A stretch of 64,000 nucleotides of DNA, from positions 20,894,001 through 20,958,000 of the forward strand of contig OZ024754.1 of the NCBI GenBank assembly GCA_964016885.1, written 5' to 3'. Positions 15,401 to 29,814 of this stretch are shown one piece after another. The notes below the pieces were generated by a model. It saw only the letters and a list, made by a program, of their open reading frames with translations, ran no database searches and was not told the origin of the DNA. Source of the stretch: Eledone cirrhosa. Its lineage: Eukaryota. How positions within the stretch are numbered: position 1 is the stretch's first letter; every line of letters starts with the position of its first letter. The position numbers and the translations under genes were made by a program.

Positions 15401-18400
15401 TACCCTTGGTATTAACATAGACTCCCTCACATATTACCCTTGGTGTTAACATAGACTCCCTCCCATATTCCTGTTGGTATTAACATAGGGACTCCCTCCC
15501 ATATTAGCCTTGGTATTAACATAGGGACTCCCTCCCATATTAGCCTTGGTATTAACATAGGGACTCCCTCCCATATTAGCCTTGGTATTAACATAGACTC
15601 CCTCCCATATTAGCCTTGGTATTTACATAGACTCCCTCCCATATTACCCTTGGTATTAACATAGACTCCCTCCCATATTACCCTTGGTATTAACATAGGG
15701 ACTCCCTCCCATATTAGCCTTGGTATTAACATAGACTCCCTCCCATATTACCGTTGGTATTAACATAGACTCCCTCCCATGTTAGCCTTGGTATTAACAT
15801 AGACTCCCTCCCATATTAGCCTTGGTATTAACATAGACTCCCTCCCATATTAGCCTTGGTATTAACATAGACTCCCTCCCATATTACCCTTGGTATTAAC
15901 ATAGACTCCCTCCCATATTACCCTTGGTATTAACATAGACTCCCTACCATATTACCCTTGGTATTAACATAGGGACTCCCTCCCATATTACCATTGGTAT
16001 TAACATAGGGACTCCCTCCCATATTACCCTTGGTATTAACATAGACTCCCTCCCATATTACCCTTGGTATTAACATAGACACCCTCCCATATTACCCTTG
16101 GTATTAACATAGACTCCCTACCATATTAGCCTTGGTATTAACATAGGGACTCCCTCCTATATTACCCTTAGTATTCAGATAGACTCCCTCCCATATTACC
16201 CTTGGTATTAACATAGACTCCCTCCCATGTTAGCCTTGGTATTAACATAGACTCCCTCCCATATTAGCCTTGGTATTAACATAGACTCCCTCCCATATTA
16301 GCCTTGGTATTAACATAAACTCCCTCCCATATTAGCCTTAGTATTAACATAGACTCCTTCCCATATTACCCTTGGTATTAACATAGACTCCCTCCCATAT
16401 TAGCCTTGGTATTAACATAGGCTCCCTCCCATATTAGCCTTAGTATTAACATAGACTCCTTCACATATTACCCTTGGTATTAACATAGACTCCCTCCCAT
16501 ATTAGCCTTGGTATTAACATAGACTCCCTCCCATATGAGCCTTGGTATTAACATAGACTCCCTCCCATATTACCCTTGGTATTAACATAGGGACTCCCTC
16601 CCATATTACCCTTGGTATTAACATAGGGCCTCCCTCCCATATTACCCTTGGTATTAACATGGACTCCCACCCATATTAGCCTTATTAACATAGGGACTCC
16701 CTCCCATATTACCCTTGGTATTAACATAGACTCCCTCCCATATTACCCTTGGTATTAACATAGGGACTCCCTCCCATATTACCCTTGGTATTAACATAGA
16801 CTCCCTCCCATATTACCCTTGGTATTAACATAGACTCCCTCCCATGTTAGCCTTGGTATTAACATAGACTCCCTCCCATATTAGCCTTGGTATTAACATA
16901 GACTCCCTCCCATATTACCCTTGGTATTAACATAGACTCCCTCCCATATTACCCTTGGTATTAACATAGGGACTCCCTCCCATATTACCCTTGGTAGTAA
17001 CATAGGGACTCCCTCCCATATTACCCTTGGTATTAACATAGACTCCCTCCCATATTACCCTTGGTATTAACATAGACACCCTCCCATATTACCCTTGGTA
17101 TTAACATAGACTCCCTCCCATATTACCCTTGGTATTAACATAGGGACTCCCTCCCGTATTACCCTTGGTATTAACATAGGGCCTCCCTCCTATATTACCC
17201 TTGGTATTAACATGGACTCCCTCCCATATTAGCCTTATTAACATAGGGACTCCCTCCCATATTACCCTTGGTATTAACATAGAGACACCCCACCCCCATA
17301 CTACCCTTGGTATTAATATAGACTCCCTCCCATATTACCCTTGGTATTAACATAGAGACGCCCTCCCATATTACCCTTGGTATTAGCATAGAGACGCCAT
17401 CCCATATTACCCTTGGTATTAACATAGACACCCTCCCATATTACCCTTGGTATTAACGTAGACACCCTCCCATATTACCCTTGGTATTAACATAGACACC
17501 CTCCCATATTACCCTTGGTATTATCATATGGACTCCCTCCCATATTACCCTTGGTATTAACAAAAACTCCCACCCATATTACCCTTGGTATTAACATAGA
17601 CTCCCTCCCATATTAGCCTTCGTATTAACATAGGGACTCCCTCCCATATTACCCTTGGTATTAACATAGGGACTCCTTCCCATATTACCCTTGGTATTAA
17701 CATAGACTCCCCCCCATGTTAGCGTTGGTATTAACATAGACTCCCTCCCATATTACCCTTGGTATTAACATAAACTCCCTCCCATATTACCCTTGGTATT
17801 AACATAGACTCCCTCCCATATTAGCCTTCGTATTAACATAGGGACTCCCTCCCATATTACCCTTGGTATTAACATAGGGACTCCCTCCCATATTGCCCTT
17901 GGTATTAACATAGACTCCCTCCCATGTTAGCCTTGGTATTAACATAGACTCCCTCCCATATTAGCCTTGGTATTAACATAGACTCCCTCCCATATTAGCC
18001 TTGGTATTAACATAGACTCCCTCCCATATTACTCTTGGTATTAACATAGGGACTCCCTCCTATATTACCCTTGGTAGTAACATAGGGACTCCCTCCCATA
18101 TTACCCTTGGTATTAACATAGACTCCCTCCCATATTACCCTTGGTATTAACATAGACACCCTCCCATATTACCCTTGGTATTAACATAGACTCCCTCCCA
18201 TATTAGCATTGGCATTAACATAGGGACTCCCTCCTATATTACCCTTAGTATTAACATAGACTCCCTCCCATATTACCCTTGGTATTAACATAGACTCCCT
18301 CCCATGTTAGCCTTGGTATTAACATAGACTCCCTCCCATATTAGCCTTGGTATTAACATAGACTCCCTCCCATATTAGCCTTGGTATTAACATAGACTCC

Positions 18401-19629
18401 CTCCCATATTAGCCTTAGTATTAACATAGACTCCCTCCCATATTACCCTTGGTATTAACATAGACTCCCTCCCATATTAGCCTTGGTATTAACATAGACT
18501 CCCTCCCATATTAGCCTTGGTATTAACATAGACTCCCTCCCATATTACCTTTGGTATTAACATAGGGACTCCCTCCCATATTACCCTTGGTATTAACATA
18601 GGGCCTCCCTCCCATATTACCCTTGGTATTAACATGGACTCCCTCCCATATTAGCCTTATTAACATAGGGACTCCCTCCCATATTACCCTTGGTATTAAC
18701 ATAGAGACACCCCACTCCCATATTACCCTTCGTATTAATATAGACTCCCTCCCATATTACCCTTGGTATTAACATAGAGACGCCCTCCCATATTACCCTT
18801 GGTATTAACATAGAGACGCCATCCCATATTACCCTTGGTATTAACATAGACTCCCTCCCATATTACCCTTGGTATTAACATAGAGACTGCCTCCCATATT
18901 AACATTGGTATTAACATAGACTCCCTCCCATATTACCCATGGTATTAACATAGACTCCCTCCCATATTAGACTTGGTATTAACATAGACTCCGTCCTATA
19001 TTACCCTTGGTATTAACATAGACTCCCTCCCATATTACACTTGGTATTAACATAGACTCCCTCCCATATTAGCCTTGGTATTAATATAGAGACTCCGCCC
19101 CCCCATATTACCCTTGGTATTAACATAGACTCCCTCCCATATTAGCCTTGGTATTAACATAGACTCCCTCACATATTACCATTGGTATTAACATAGACTC
19201 CCTCCCATATTACCCTTGGTATTAACATTGACTCCCTCACATATTACCCTTGGTATTAACATAGACTCCCTCCCATATTACCCTTGGTATTAACATAGGG
19301 ACTCCCTCCCATATTACCCTTGGTATTAACATAGGGACTCTCTCCCATATTACCCTTGGTATTAACATAGACTCCCTCCCATATTACCCTTGGTATTAAC
19401 ATAGACTCCCTCCCATATTAGCCTTGGTATTAACATAGAGACCCCGTCCCGTATTACCCTTGGTATTAACATAAACTCACTCCCATATTACCCTTGGTAT
19501 TAACATAGGGACTCCCTCCCATATTACCCTTGGTATTAACATAGGGACTCCCTCTCATATTACCCTTGGTATTAACATAGACTCCCTCACATATTACCCT
19601 TGGTGTTAACATAGACTCCCTCCCATATT
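9744..19629. repeat. Near-identical tandem duplication of blocks A+B, period 4931 bp (9744-14698 / 14675-19629)
   Basis: Four identical ORF pairs have offset 4931 (10339/15270, 12276/17207, 13698/18629, 13804/18735). Markers: CAGATAGAC 11245/16176, TAGTCTTGG 9801/14732, and AACAAAAACTCCCACC near 12628/17559. Confidence 0.95.
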
Positions 19630-22160
19630 CCTGTTGGTATTAACATAGGGACTCCCTCCCATATTAGCCTTGGTATTAACATAGGGACTCCCTCCCATAT
19701 TAGCCTTGGTATTAACATAGGGACTCCCTCCCATATTAGCCTTTGTATTAACATAGACTCCCTCCCATATTAGCCTTGGTATTTACATAGACTCCCTCCC
19801 ATATTACCCTTGGTATTAACATAGACTCCCTCCCATATTACCCTTGGTATTAACATAGGGATTCCCTCCCATATTAGCCTTGGTATTAACATAGACCCCC
19901 TCCCATATTACCCTTGGTATTAACATAGACTCCATCCCATGTTAGCCTTGGTATTAACATAGACTCCCTCTCATATTAGCCTTGGTATTAACATAGACTC
20001 CCTCCCATATTAGGCTTGGTATTAACATAGACTCCCTCCCATATTAGCCTTGGTATTAACATAGACTCCCTCCCATATTACCCTTGCTATTAACATAAGG
20101 ACTCCCTCCCATATTACCCTTGGTATTAACATGGACTCCCTCCCATATTAGCCTTATTAACATAGGGACTCCATCCCATATTACTCTTGGTATTAACATA
20201 GACACCCTCCCATATTACCCTTGGTATTATCATAGGGACTCCCTCCCATATTACCCTTGGTATTAACATAGACTCCCTCCCATATTACACTTGGTATTAA
20301 CATAGACTCCCTCCCATATTAGCCTTCGTATTAACATAGGGACTCCCTCCCATATTACCCTTGGTATTAACATAGGGACTCGCTCCCATATTACCCTTGG
20401 TATTAACATAGACTCCCTCCCATATTACCCTTGGTATTAACATAGACACCCTCCCATATTACCCTTGGTATTAACATAGACTCCCTCCCATATTAGCCTT
20501 GGTATTAACATAGGGACTCCCTCCTATATTACCCTTAGTATTAACATAGACTCCCTCCCATATTACCCTTGGAATTAAAATAGACTCCCTCCCATGTTAG
20601 CCTTGGTATTAACATAGACTCCCTCCCATATTAGCTTTGGTATTAACATAGACTCCCTCCCATATTAGCCTTAGTATTAACATAGACTCCCTCCATTATT
20701 ACCCTTGGTATTAACATAGACTCCCTCCCATATTAGCCTTGGTATTAACATAGACTCCCTCCCATATTACCCTTGGTATTAACATAGGGACTCCCTCCCA
20801 TATTACCCTTGGTATTAACATAGGGCCTCCCTCCCATATTACCCTTGGTATTAACATGGACTCCCTCCCATATTAGCCTTATTAACATAGGGACTCCCTC
20901 CCATATTACCCTTGGTATTAACATAGAGACACCCCACCCCCATATTACCCTTCGTATTAATATAGACTCCCTCCCATATTACCCTTGGTATTAACATAGA
21001 GACGCCCTCCCATATTACCCTTGGTATTAACATAGACACCCTCCCATATTACCCTTGGTATTAACATAGACTCCCTCCCATATTACCCTTGGTATTAACA
21101 TAGAGACTGCCTCCCATATTAACATTGGTATTAACATAGACTCCCTCCCATATTACCCATGGTATTAACATAGACTCCCTCCCATATTAGACTTGGTATT
21201 AACATAGACTCCGTCCCATATTACCCTTGGTATTAACATAGACTCCCTCCCATATTACACTTGGTATTAACATAGACTCCCTCCCATATTAGCCTTGGTA
21301 TTAATATAGAGACTCCGCCCCCCCATATTACCCTTGGTATTAACATAGACTCCCTCCCATATTAGCCTTGGTATTAACATAGACTCCCTCACATATTACC
21401 ATTGGTATTAACATAGACTCCCTCCCATATTACCCTTGGTATTAACATTGACTCCCTCACATATTACCCTTGGTATTAACATAGACTCCCTCCCATATTA
21501 CCCTTGGTATTAACATAGGGACTCCCTCCCATATTACCCTTGGTATTAACATAGGGACTCTCTCCCATATTACCCTTGGTATTAACATAGACTCCCTCCC
21601 ATATTACCCTTGGTATTAACATAGACTCCCTCCCATATTAGCCTTGGTATTAACATAGTGACCCCGTCCCGTATTACCCTTGGTATTAACATAAACTCAC
21701 TCCCATATTACCCTTGGTATTAACATAGGGACTCCCTCCCATATTACCCTTGGTATTAACATAGGGACTCCCTCTCATATTACCCTTGGTATTAACATAG
21801 ACTCCCTCACATATTACCCTTGGTGTTAACATAGACTCCCTCCCATATTCCTGTTGGTATTAACATAGGGACTCCCTCCCATATTAGCCTTGGTATTAAC
21901 ATAGGGACTCCCTCCCATATTAGCCTTGGTATTAACATAGGGACTCCCTCCCATATTAGCCTTTGTATTAACATAGACTCCCTCCCATATTAGCCTTGGT
22001 ATTTACATAGACTCCCTCCCATATTACCCTTGGTATTAACATAGACTCCCTCCCATATTACCCTTGGTATTAACATAGGGATTCCCTCCCATATTAGCCT
22101 TGGTATTAACATAGACTCCCTCCCATATTACCCTTGGTATTAACATAGACTCCATCCCAT
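18550..22160. repeat. Partial duplication, offset ~2220 bp (~18550-19940 / ~20770-22160)
   Basis: ACCCCGTCCC at 19441/21661 and ATTCCCTCCC at 19861/22081. ORFs at 18629/20851 have offset 2222. Confidence 0.85.
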
Positions 22161-25100
22161 ATTCCTGTTGGTATTAACATAGGGACTCCCTCCCATATTA
22201 GCCTTGGTATTAACATAGGGACTCCCTCCCATATTAGCCTTGGTATTAACATAGGGACTCCCTCCCATATTAGCCTTTGTATTAACATAGACTCCCTCCC
22301 ATATTAGCCTTGGTATTTACTTAGACTCCCTCCCATATTACCCTTGGTATTAACATAGACTCCCTCCCATATTACCCTTGGTATTATCATAGGGATTCCC
22401 TCCCATATTAGCCTAGGTATTAACATAGACTCCCTCCCATATTACCCTTGGTATTAACATAGACTCCCTCCCATATTACCCTTGGTATTAACATAGACTC
22501 CATCCCATGTTAGCCTTGGTATTAACATAGACTCCCTCCCATATTAGCCTTGGTATTAACATAGACTCCCTCCCATATTAGGCTTGGTATTAACATAGAC
22601 TCCCTCCCATATTAGCCTTGGTATTAACATAGACTCCCTCCCATATTACCCTTGCTATTAACATAAGGACTCCCTCCCATATTACCCTTGGTATTAACAT
22701 AGGGCCTCCCTCCCATATTACCCTTGGTATTAACATGGACTCCCTCCCATATTAGCCTTATTAACATAGGGACTCCCTCCCATATTACCCTTGGTATTAA
22801 CATAGACACCCTCCCATATTACCCTTGGTATTATCATAGGGACTCCCTCCCATATTACCCTTGGTATTAACATAGACTCCCTCCCATATTACACTTGGTA
22901 TTAACATAGACTCCCTCCCATATTAGCCTTCGTATTAACATAGGGACTCCCTCCCATATTACCCTTGGTATTAACATAGGGACTCCCTCCCATATTACCC
23001 TTGGTATTAACATAGACTCCCTCCCATATTACCCTTGGTATTAACATAGACACCCTCCCATATTACACTTGGTATTAACATAGACTCCCTCCCATATTAG
23101 CCTTGGTATTAACATAGGGACTCCCTCCTATATTACCCTTAGTATTAACATAGACTCCCTCCCATATTACCCTTGGTATTAACATAGACTCCCTCCCATA
23201 TTAGCCTTGGTATTAACATAGACTCCCTCCCATATTAGCCTTAGTATTAACATAGACTCCCTCCATTATTACCCTTGGTATTAACATAGACTCCCTCCCA
23301 TATTAGCCTTGGTATTAACATAAACTCCCTCCCATATTAGCCTTGGTATTAACATAGACTCCCTCCCATATTACCCTTGGTATTAACATAGGGACTCCCT
23401 CCCATATTACCCTTGGTATTAACATAGGGCCTCCCTCCCATATTACCCTTGGTATTAACATGGACTCCCTCCCATATTAGCCTTATTAACACAGGGACTC
23501 CCTCCCATATTTCCCTTGGTATTAACATAGAGACACCCCACCCCCATATTACCCTTGGTATTAATATAGACTCCCTCCCATATTACCATTGGTATTAACA
23601 TAGAGACGCCATCCCATATTACCCTTGGTATTAACATAGACTCCCTCACATGTTACCCTTGGTATTAACATAGACTCCCTCCCATATTACCCTTGGTATT
23701 AACATAGAGACTCCCTCCCATATTAACATTGGTATTAACATAGACTCCCTCCCATATTACCCATGGTATTAACATAGACTCCCTCCCATATTAGACTTGG
23801 TATTAACATAGACTCCCTCCCATATTACCCTTGGTATTAACATAGACTCCCTCCCATATTACCCTTGGTATTAACATAGACTCCCTCCCATATTAGCCTT
23901 GGTATTAATATAGAGACTCTGCCCCCCTCCCCCCATATTACCCTTGGTATTAACACAGACTCCCTCCCATATTAGCCTTGGTATTAACAAAGACTCCCTC
24001 ACATATTACCCTTGGTATTAACATAGACTCCCTCCCATATTACCCTTGGTATTAACATTGACTCCCTCACATATTACCCTTGGTATTAACATAGAATACC
24101 TCCCATATTACCCTTGGTATTAACATAGGGACTCCCTCCCATATTACCTTTGGTATTAACATAGGGACTCCCTCTCATATTACCCTTGGTATTAACATAG
24201 ACTCCCTCACATATTACCCTTGGTGTTAACATAGACTCCCTCCCATATTCCTGTTGGTATTAACATAGGGACTCCCTCCCATATTAGCCTTGGTATTAAC
24301 ATAGGGCCTCCCTCCCCTATTAGCCTTGGTATTAACATAGACTCCCTCCCATATTACCCTTGGTATTAACATAGGGACTCCCTCCCATATTACCCTTGGT
24401 ATTAACATAGGGACTCCCTCCCATATTACCCTTGGTATTAACATAGACTCCCTCCCATATTACCCTTGGTATTAACATAGACACCCTCCCATATTACCCT
24501 TGGTATTAACATAGACTCCCTCCCATATTAGCCTTGGTATTAACATAGGGACTCCCTCATATATTACCCTTAGTATTCACATAGACTCCCTCCCATATTA
24601 CCCTTGGTATCACCATAGACTCCCTCCCATGTTAGCGTTGGTATTAACATAGACTCCCTCCCATATTAGCCTTGGTATTAACATAGACTCCCTCCCATAT
24701 TAGCCTTGGTATTAACATAGACTCCCTCCCATATTAGCCTTGGTATTAACATAGACTCCCTCCCATATTACCCTTGGTATTAACATAGGGACTCCCTCCC
24801 ATATTACCCTTGGTATTAACATAGGGCCTCCCTCCCATATAACCCTTGGTATTAACATGGACTCCCTCCCATATTAGCCTTATTAACATAGGGACTCCCT
24901 CCCATATTACCCTTGGTATTAACATAGAGACAACCCACCCCCATATTACCCTTCGTATTAATATAGACTCCCTCCCATATTACCCTTGGTATTAACATAG
25001 AGACGCCCTCCCATATTACCCTTGGTATTAACATAGAGACGCCATCCCATATTACCCTTGGTATTAACATAGACTCCCTCCCATATTACGCTTGGTATTA

Positions 25101-25269
25101 ACATAGAGACTGCCTCCCATATTAACATTGGTATTAACATAGACTCCCTCCCATATTACCCATGGTATTAACATAGACTCCCTCCCATATTAGACTTGGT
25201 ATTAACACAGACTCCGTCCCATATTACCCTTGGTATTAACATAGACTCCCTCCCATATTACACTTGGTA

Positions 25270-28200
25270 TTAACATAGACTCCCTCACATATTACCCTTG
25301 GTATTAACATAGACTCCCTCCCATATTACCCTTGGTATTAACATTGACTCCCTCACATATTACCCTCGGTATTAACATAGACTCCCTCCCATATTACCCT
25401 TGGTATTAACATAGGGACTCCCTCCCATATTACCCTTGGTATTAACATAGGGACTCTCTCCCATATTACCCTTGGTATTAACATAGACTCTCTCCCATAT
25501 TACCCTTGGTATTCACATAGAATCCCTCCCATATTAGCCTTGGTATTAACATAGAGACTCCGTCCCGTATTACCCTTGGTATTAACATAAACTCACTCCC
25601 ATATTACCCTTGGTATTAACATAGGGACTCCCTCCCATATTACCCTTGGTATTATTATAGGGACTCCCTCTCATATTACCCTTGGTATTAACATAGACTC
25701 CCTCACATATTACCCTTGGTGTTAACATAGACTCCCTTCCATATTCCTGTTGGTATTAACATAGGGACTCCCTCCCATATTAGCCTTGGTATTAACATAG
25801 GGACTCCCTCCCATATTAGCCTTGGTATTAACATAGGGACTCCCTCCCATATTAGCCTTTGTATTAACATAGACTCCCTCCCATATTAGCCTTGGTATTT
25901 ACATAGACTCCCTCCCATATTACTCTTGGTATTAACATAGACTCCCTCCCATATTACCTTTGGTATCAACATAGGGACTCCCTCCCATATTAGCCTTGGT
26001 ATTAACATAGACTCCCTCCCATATTACCCTTGGTATTAACATAGACTCCCTCCCATATTACCCTTGGTATTAACATAGACTCCATCCCATGTTAGCCTTG
26101 GTATTAACATAGACTCCCTCCCATATTAGCCTTGGTATTAACATAGACTCCCTCCCATATTAGGCTTGGTATTAACATAGACTCCCTCCCATATTAGCCT
26201 TGGTATTAACATAGACTCCCTCTTATATTACCTTTGCTATTAACATAAGGACTCCCTCCCATATTACCCTTGGTATTAACATAGGGCCTCCCTCACATAT
26301 TACCCTTGGTATTAACATGGACTCCCTCCCATATTAGCCTTATTAACATAGGGACTCCCTCCCATATTACCCTGGGTATTAACATAGACACCCTACCATA
26401 TTACCCTTGGTATTATCATAGGGACTCCCTCCCATATTACACTTGGTATTAACATAGACTCCCTCCCATATTAGCCTTCGTATTAACATAGGGACTCCCT
26501 CCCATATTAGCCTTGGTATTAAGATAGGGACTCCCTCCCATATTACCCTTGGTATTAACATAGACTCCCTCCCATATTACCCTTGGTATTAACATAGACA
26601 CCCTCCCATATTACCCTTGGTATTAACATAGACTCCCTCCCATATTAGCCTTGGTATTAACATAGGGACTCCCTCATATATTACCCTTAGTATTCACATA
26701 GACTCCCTCCCATATTACCCTTGGTATCACCATAGACTCCCTCCCATGTTAGCGTTGGTATTAACATAGACTCCCTCCCATATTAGCCTTGGTATTAACA
26801 TAGACTCCCTCCCATATTAGCCTTGGTATTAACATAGACACCCTCCCATATTAGCCTTAGTATTAACATAGACTCCTTCCTATATTACCCTTGGTATTAA
26901 CATAGACTCCCTCCCATATTAGCCTTGGTATTAACATAGACTCCCTCCCATATTAGCCTTGGTATTAACATAGACTCCCTCACATATTACCCTTGGTATT
27001 AACATAGACTCCCTCCCATATTACCCTTGGTATTAACATTGACTCCCTCACATATTACCCTTGGTATTAACATAGACTCCCTCATATATTACCCTTGGTA
27101 TTAACATAGGGACTCCCTCCCATATTACCCTTGGTATTAACATAGGGACTCTCTCCCATATTACCCTTGGTATTAACATAGACTCTCTCCCATATTACCC
27201 TTGGTATTCACATAGACTCCCTCCCATATTAGCCTTGGTATTAACATAGAGACTCCGTCCCGTATTACCCTTGGTATTAACATAAACTCACTCCCATATT
27301 ACCCTTGGTATTAACATATACTCCATCCCATGTTAGCCTTGGTATTAACATAGACTCCCTCCCATATTAGCCTTGGTATTAACATAGACTCCCTCCCATA
27401 TTAGGCTTGGTATTAACATAGACTCCCTCCCATATTAGCCTTGGTATTAACATAGACTCCCTCCCATATTAGCCTTATTAACATAGGGACTCCCTCCCAT
27501 ATTACCCTGGGTATTAACATAGACACCCTACCATATTATCCTTGGTATTATCATAGGGACTCCCTCCCATATTACCCTTGGTATTATCATAGGGACTCCC
27601 TCTCATATTACCCTTGGTATTAACATAGACTCCCTCACATATTACCCTTGGTGTTAACATAGACTCCCTCCCATATTCCTGTTGGTATTAACATAGGGAC
27701 TCCCTCCCATATTAGCCTTGGTATTAACATAGGGACTCCCTCCCATATTAGCCTTGGTATTAACATAGGGACTCCCTCCCATATTAGCCTTTGTATTAAC
27801 ATAGACTCCCTCCCATATTAGCCTTGGTATTTACATAGACTCCCTCCCATATTACCCTTGGTATTAACATAGACTCCCTCCAATATTACCCTTGGTATTA
27901 ACATAGGGACTCCCTCCCATATTAGCCTTGGTATTAACATAGACTCCCTCCCATATTACCCTTGGTATTAACATAGACTCCCTCCCATATTACCCTTGGT
28001 ATTAACATATACTCCATCCCATGTTAGCCTTGGTATTAACATAGACTCCCTCCCATATTAGCCTTGGTATTAACATAGACTCCCTCCCATATTAGGCTTG
28101 GTATTAACATAGACTCCCTCCCATATTAGCCTTGGTATTAACATAGACTCCCTCCCATATTAGCCTTATTAACATAGGGACTCCCTCCCATATTACCCTG

Positions 28201-28790
28201 GGTATTAACATAGACACCCTACCATATTACCCTTGGTATTATCATAGGGACTCCCTCCCATATTACACTTGGTATTAACATAGACTCCCTCCCATATTAG
28301 CCTTCGTATTAACATAGGGACTCCCTCCCATATTACCCTTGGTATTAACATAGGGACTCCCTCCCATATTACCCTTGGTATTAACATAGACTCCCTCCCA
28401 TATTACCCTTGGTATTAACATAGACACCCTCCCATATTACCCTTGGTATTAACATAGACTCCCTCCAATATTAGCCTTGGTATTAACATAGGGACTCCCT
28501 TATATATTACCCCTAGTATTCACATAGACTCCTTCCCATATTACCCTTGGTATCACCATAGACTCCCTCCCATGTTAGCGTTGGTATTAACATAGACTCC
28601 CTCCCATATTAGCCTTGGTATTAACATAGACTCCCTCCCATATTAGCCTTGGTATTAACATAGACACCCTCCCATATTAGCCTTAGTATTAACATAGACT
28701 CCTTCCTATATTACCCTTGGTATTAACATAGACTCCCTCCCATATTAGCCTTGGTATTAACATAGACTCCCTCCCATATTAGCCTTGGTA
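25270..28790. repeat. Mosaic duplication, offsets ~1.7-1.9 kb, with an internal 691-bp-offset repeat
   Basis: ORFs at 26379/28205 have offset 1826 and share CCCTGGGTATTAACATAGACACCCTACC. CTCTCTCCC..ATTCACAT occurs at 25511/27206. TTAACATATACTCCATCC occurs at 27311/28002. Confidence 0.72.
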
Positions 28791-29814
28791 TTAACATAGA
28801 CTCCCTCCCATATTACCCTTGGTATTAACATAGGGACTCCCTCCCATATTACCCTTGGTATTAACATAGGGCCTCCCTCCCATATTACCCTTGGTATTAA
28901 CATGGACTCCCTCCCATATTAGCCTTATTAACATAGGGACTCCCTCCCATATTACCCTTGGTATTATCATAGACACCCTCCCATATTACCCTTGGTATTA
29001 ACATGGACTCCCTCCCATATTAGCCTTATTAACATAGACTCCCTCCCATATTACCCTTGGTATTAACATAGACTCCCTCCCATATTACCCTTGGTATTAA
29101 CATGGACTCCCTCCCATATTAGCCTTCGTATTAACATAGGGACTCCCTCCCATAATACCCTTGGTATTAACATAGGGACTCCCTCCCATATTAGACTTGG
29201 TATTAACATAGACTCCCTCCCATATTACCCTTGGTATTATCATAGGGACTCCCTCCCACATTACCCTTGGTATTAACATAGACTCACTCCCATATTACCC
29301 TTGGTATTAACATAGGGACTCCCTCCTATATTACCCTTAGTATTAACATAGACACCCTCCCATATTACCCTTGGTATTAACATAGACTCCCTGCCATATT
29401 ACCCTTTGTATTAACATAGACTACCTCCCATATTACCCTTTGTATTAACATAGACTCCTCCCATATTACCCTTGGTATTATCATAGACTCCCTCCCATAT
29501 TAGCCTTGGTATTAACATAGAGACTCCCCACCCCCATATTACCCTTGGTATTAATATAGACTCCCTCCCATATTACCCTTGGTATTAACATACAGACGCC
29601 CTCCCATATTACCCTTAGTATTAACATAGAGACGCTCTCCCATATTACCCTTGGTATTAACATAGACTCCCTCCCATGTTACCCTAGGTATTAACATAGA
29701 CTCCCTCCCATATTACCCTCGGTATTAACATAGAGACTCCCTCCCATATTAACATTGGTATTAACATAGACTCCCTCCCATATTACCCATGGTATTAACA
29801 TAGACTCCCTCCCA

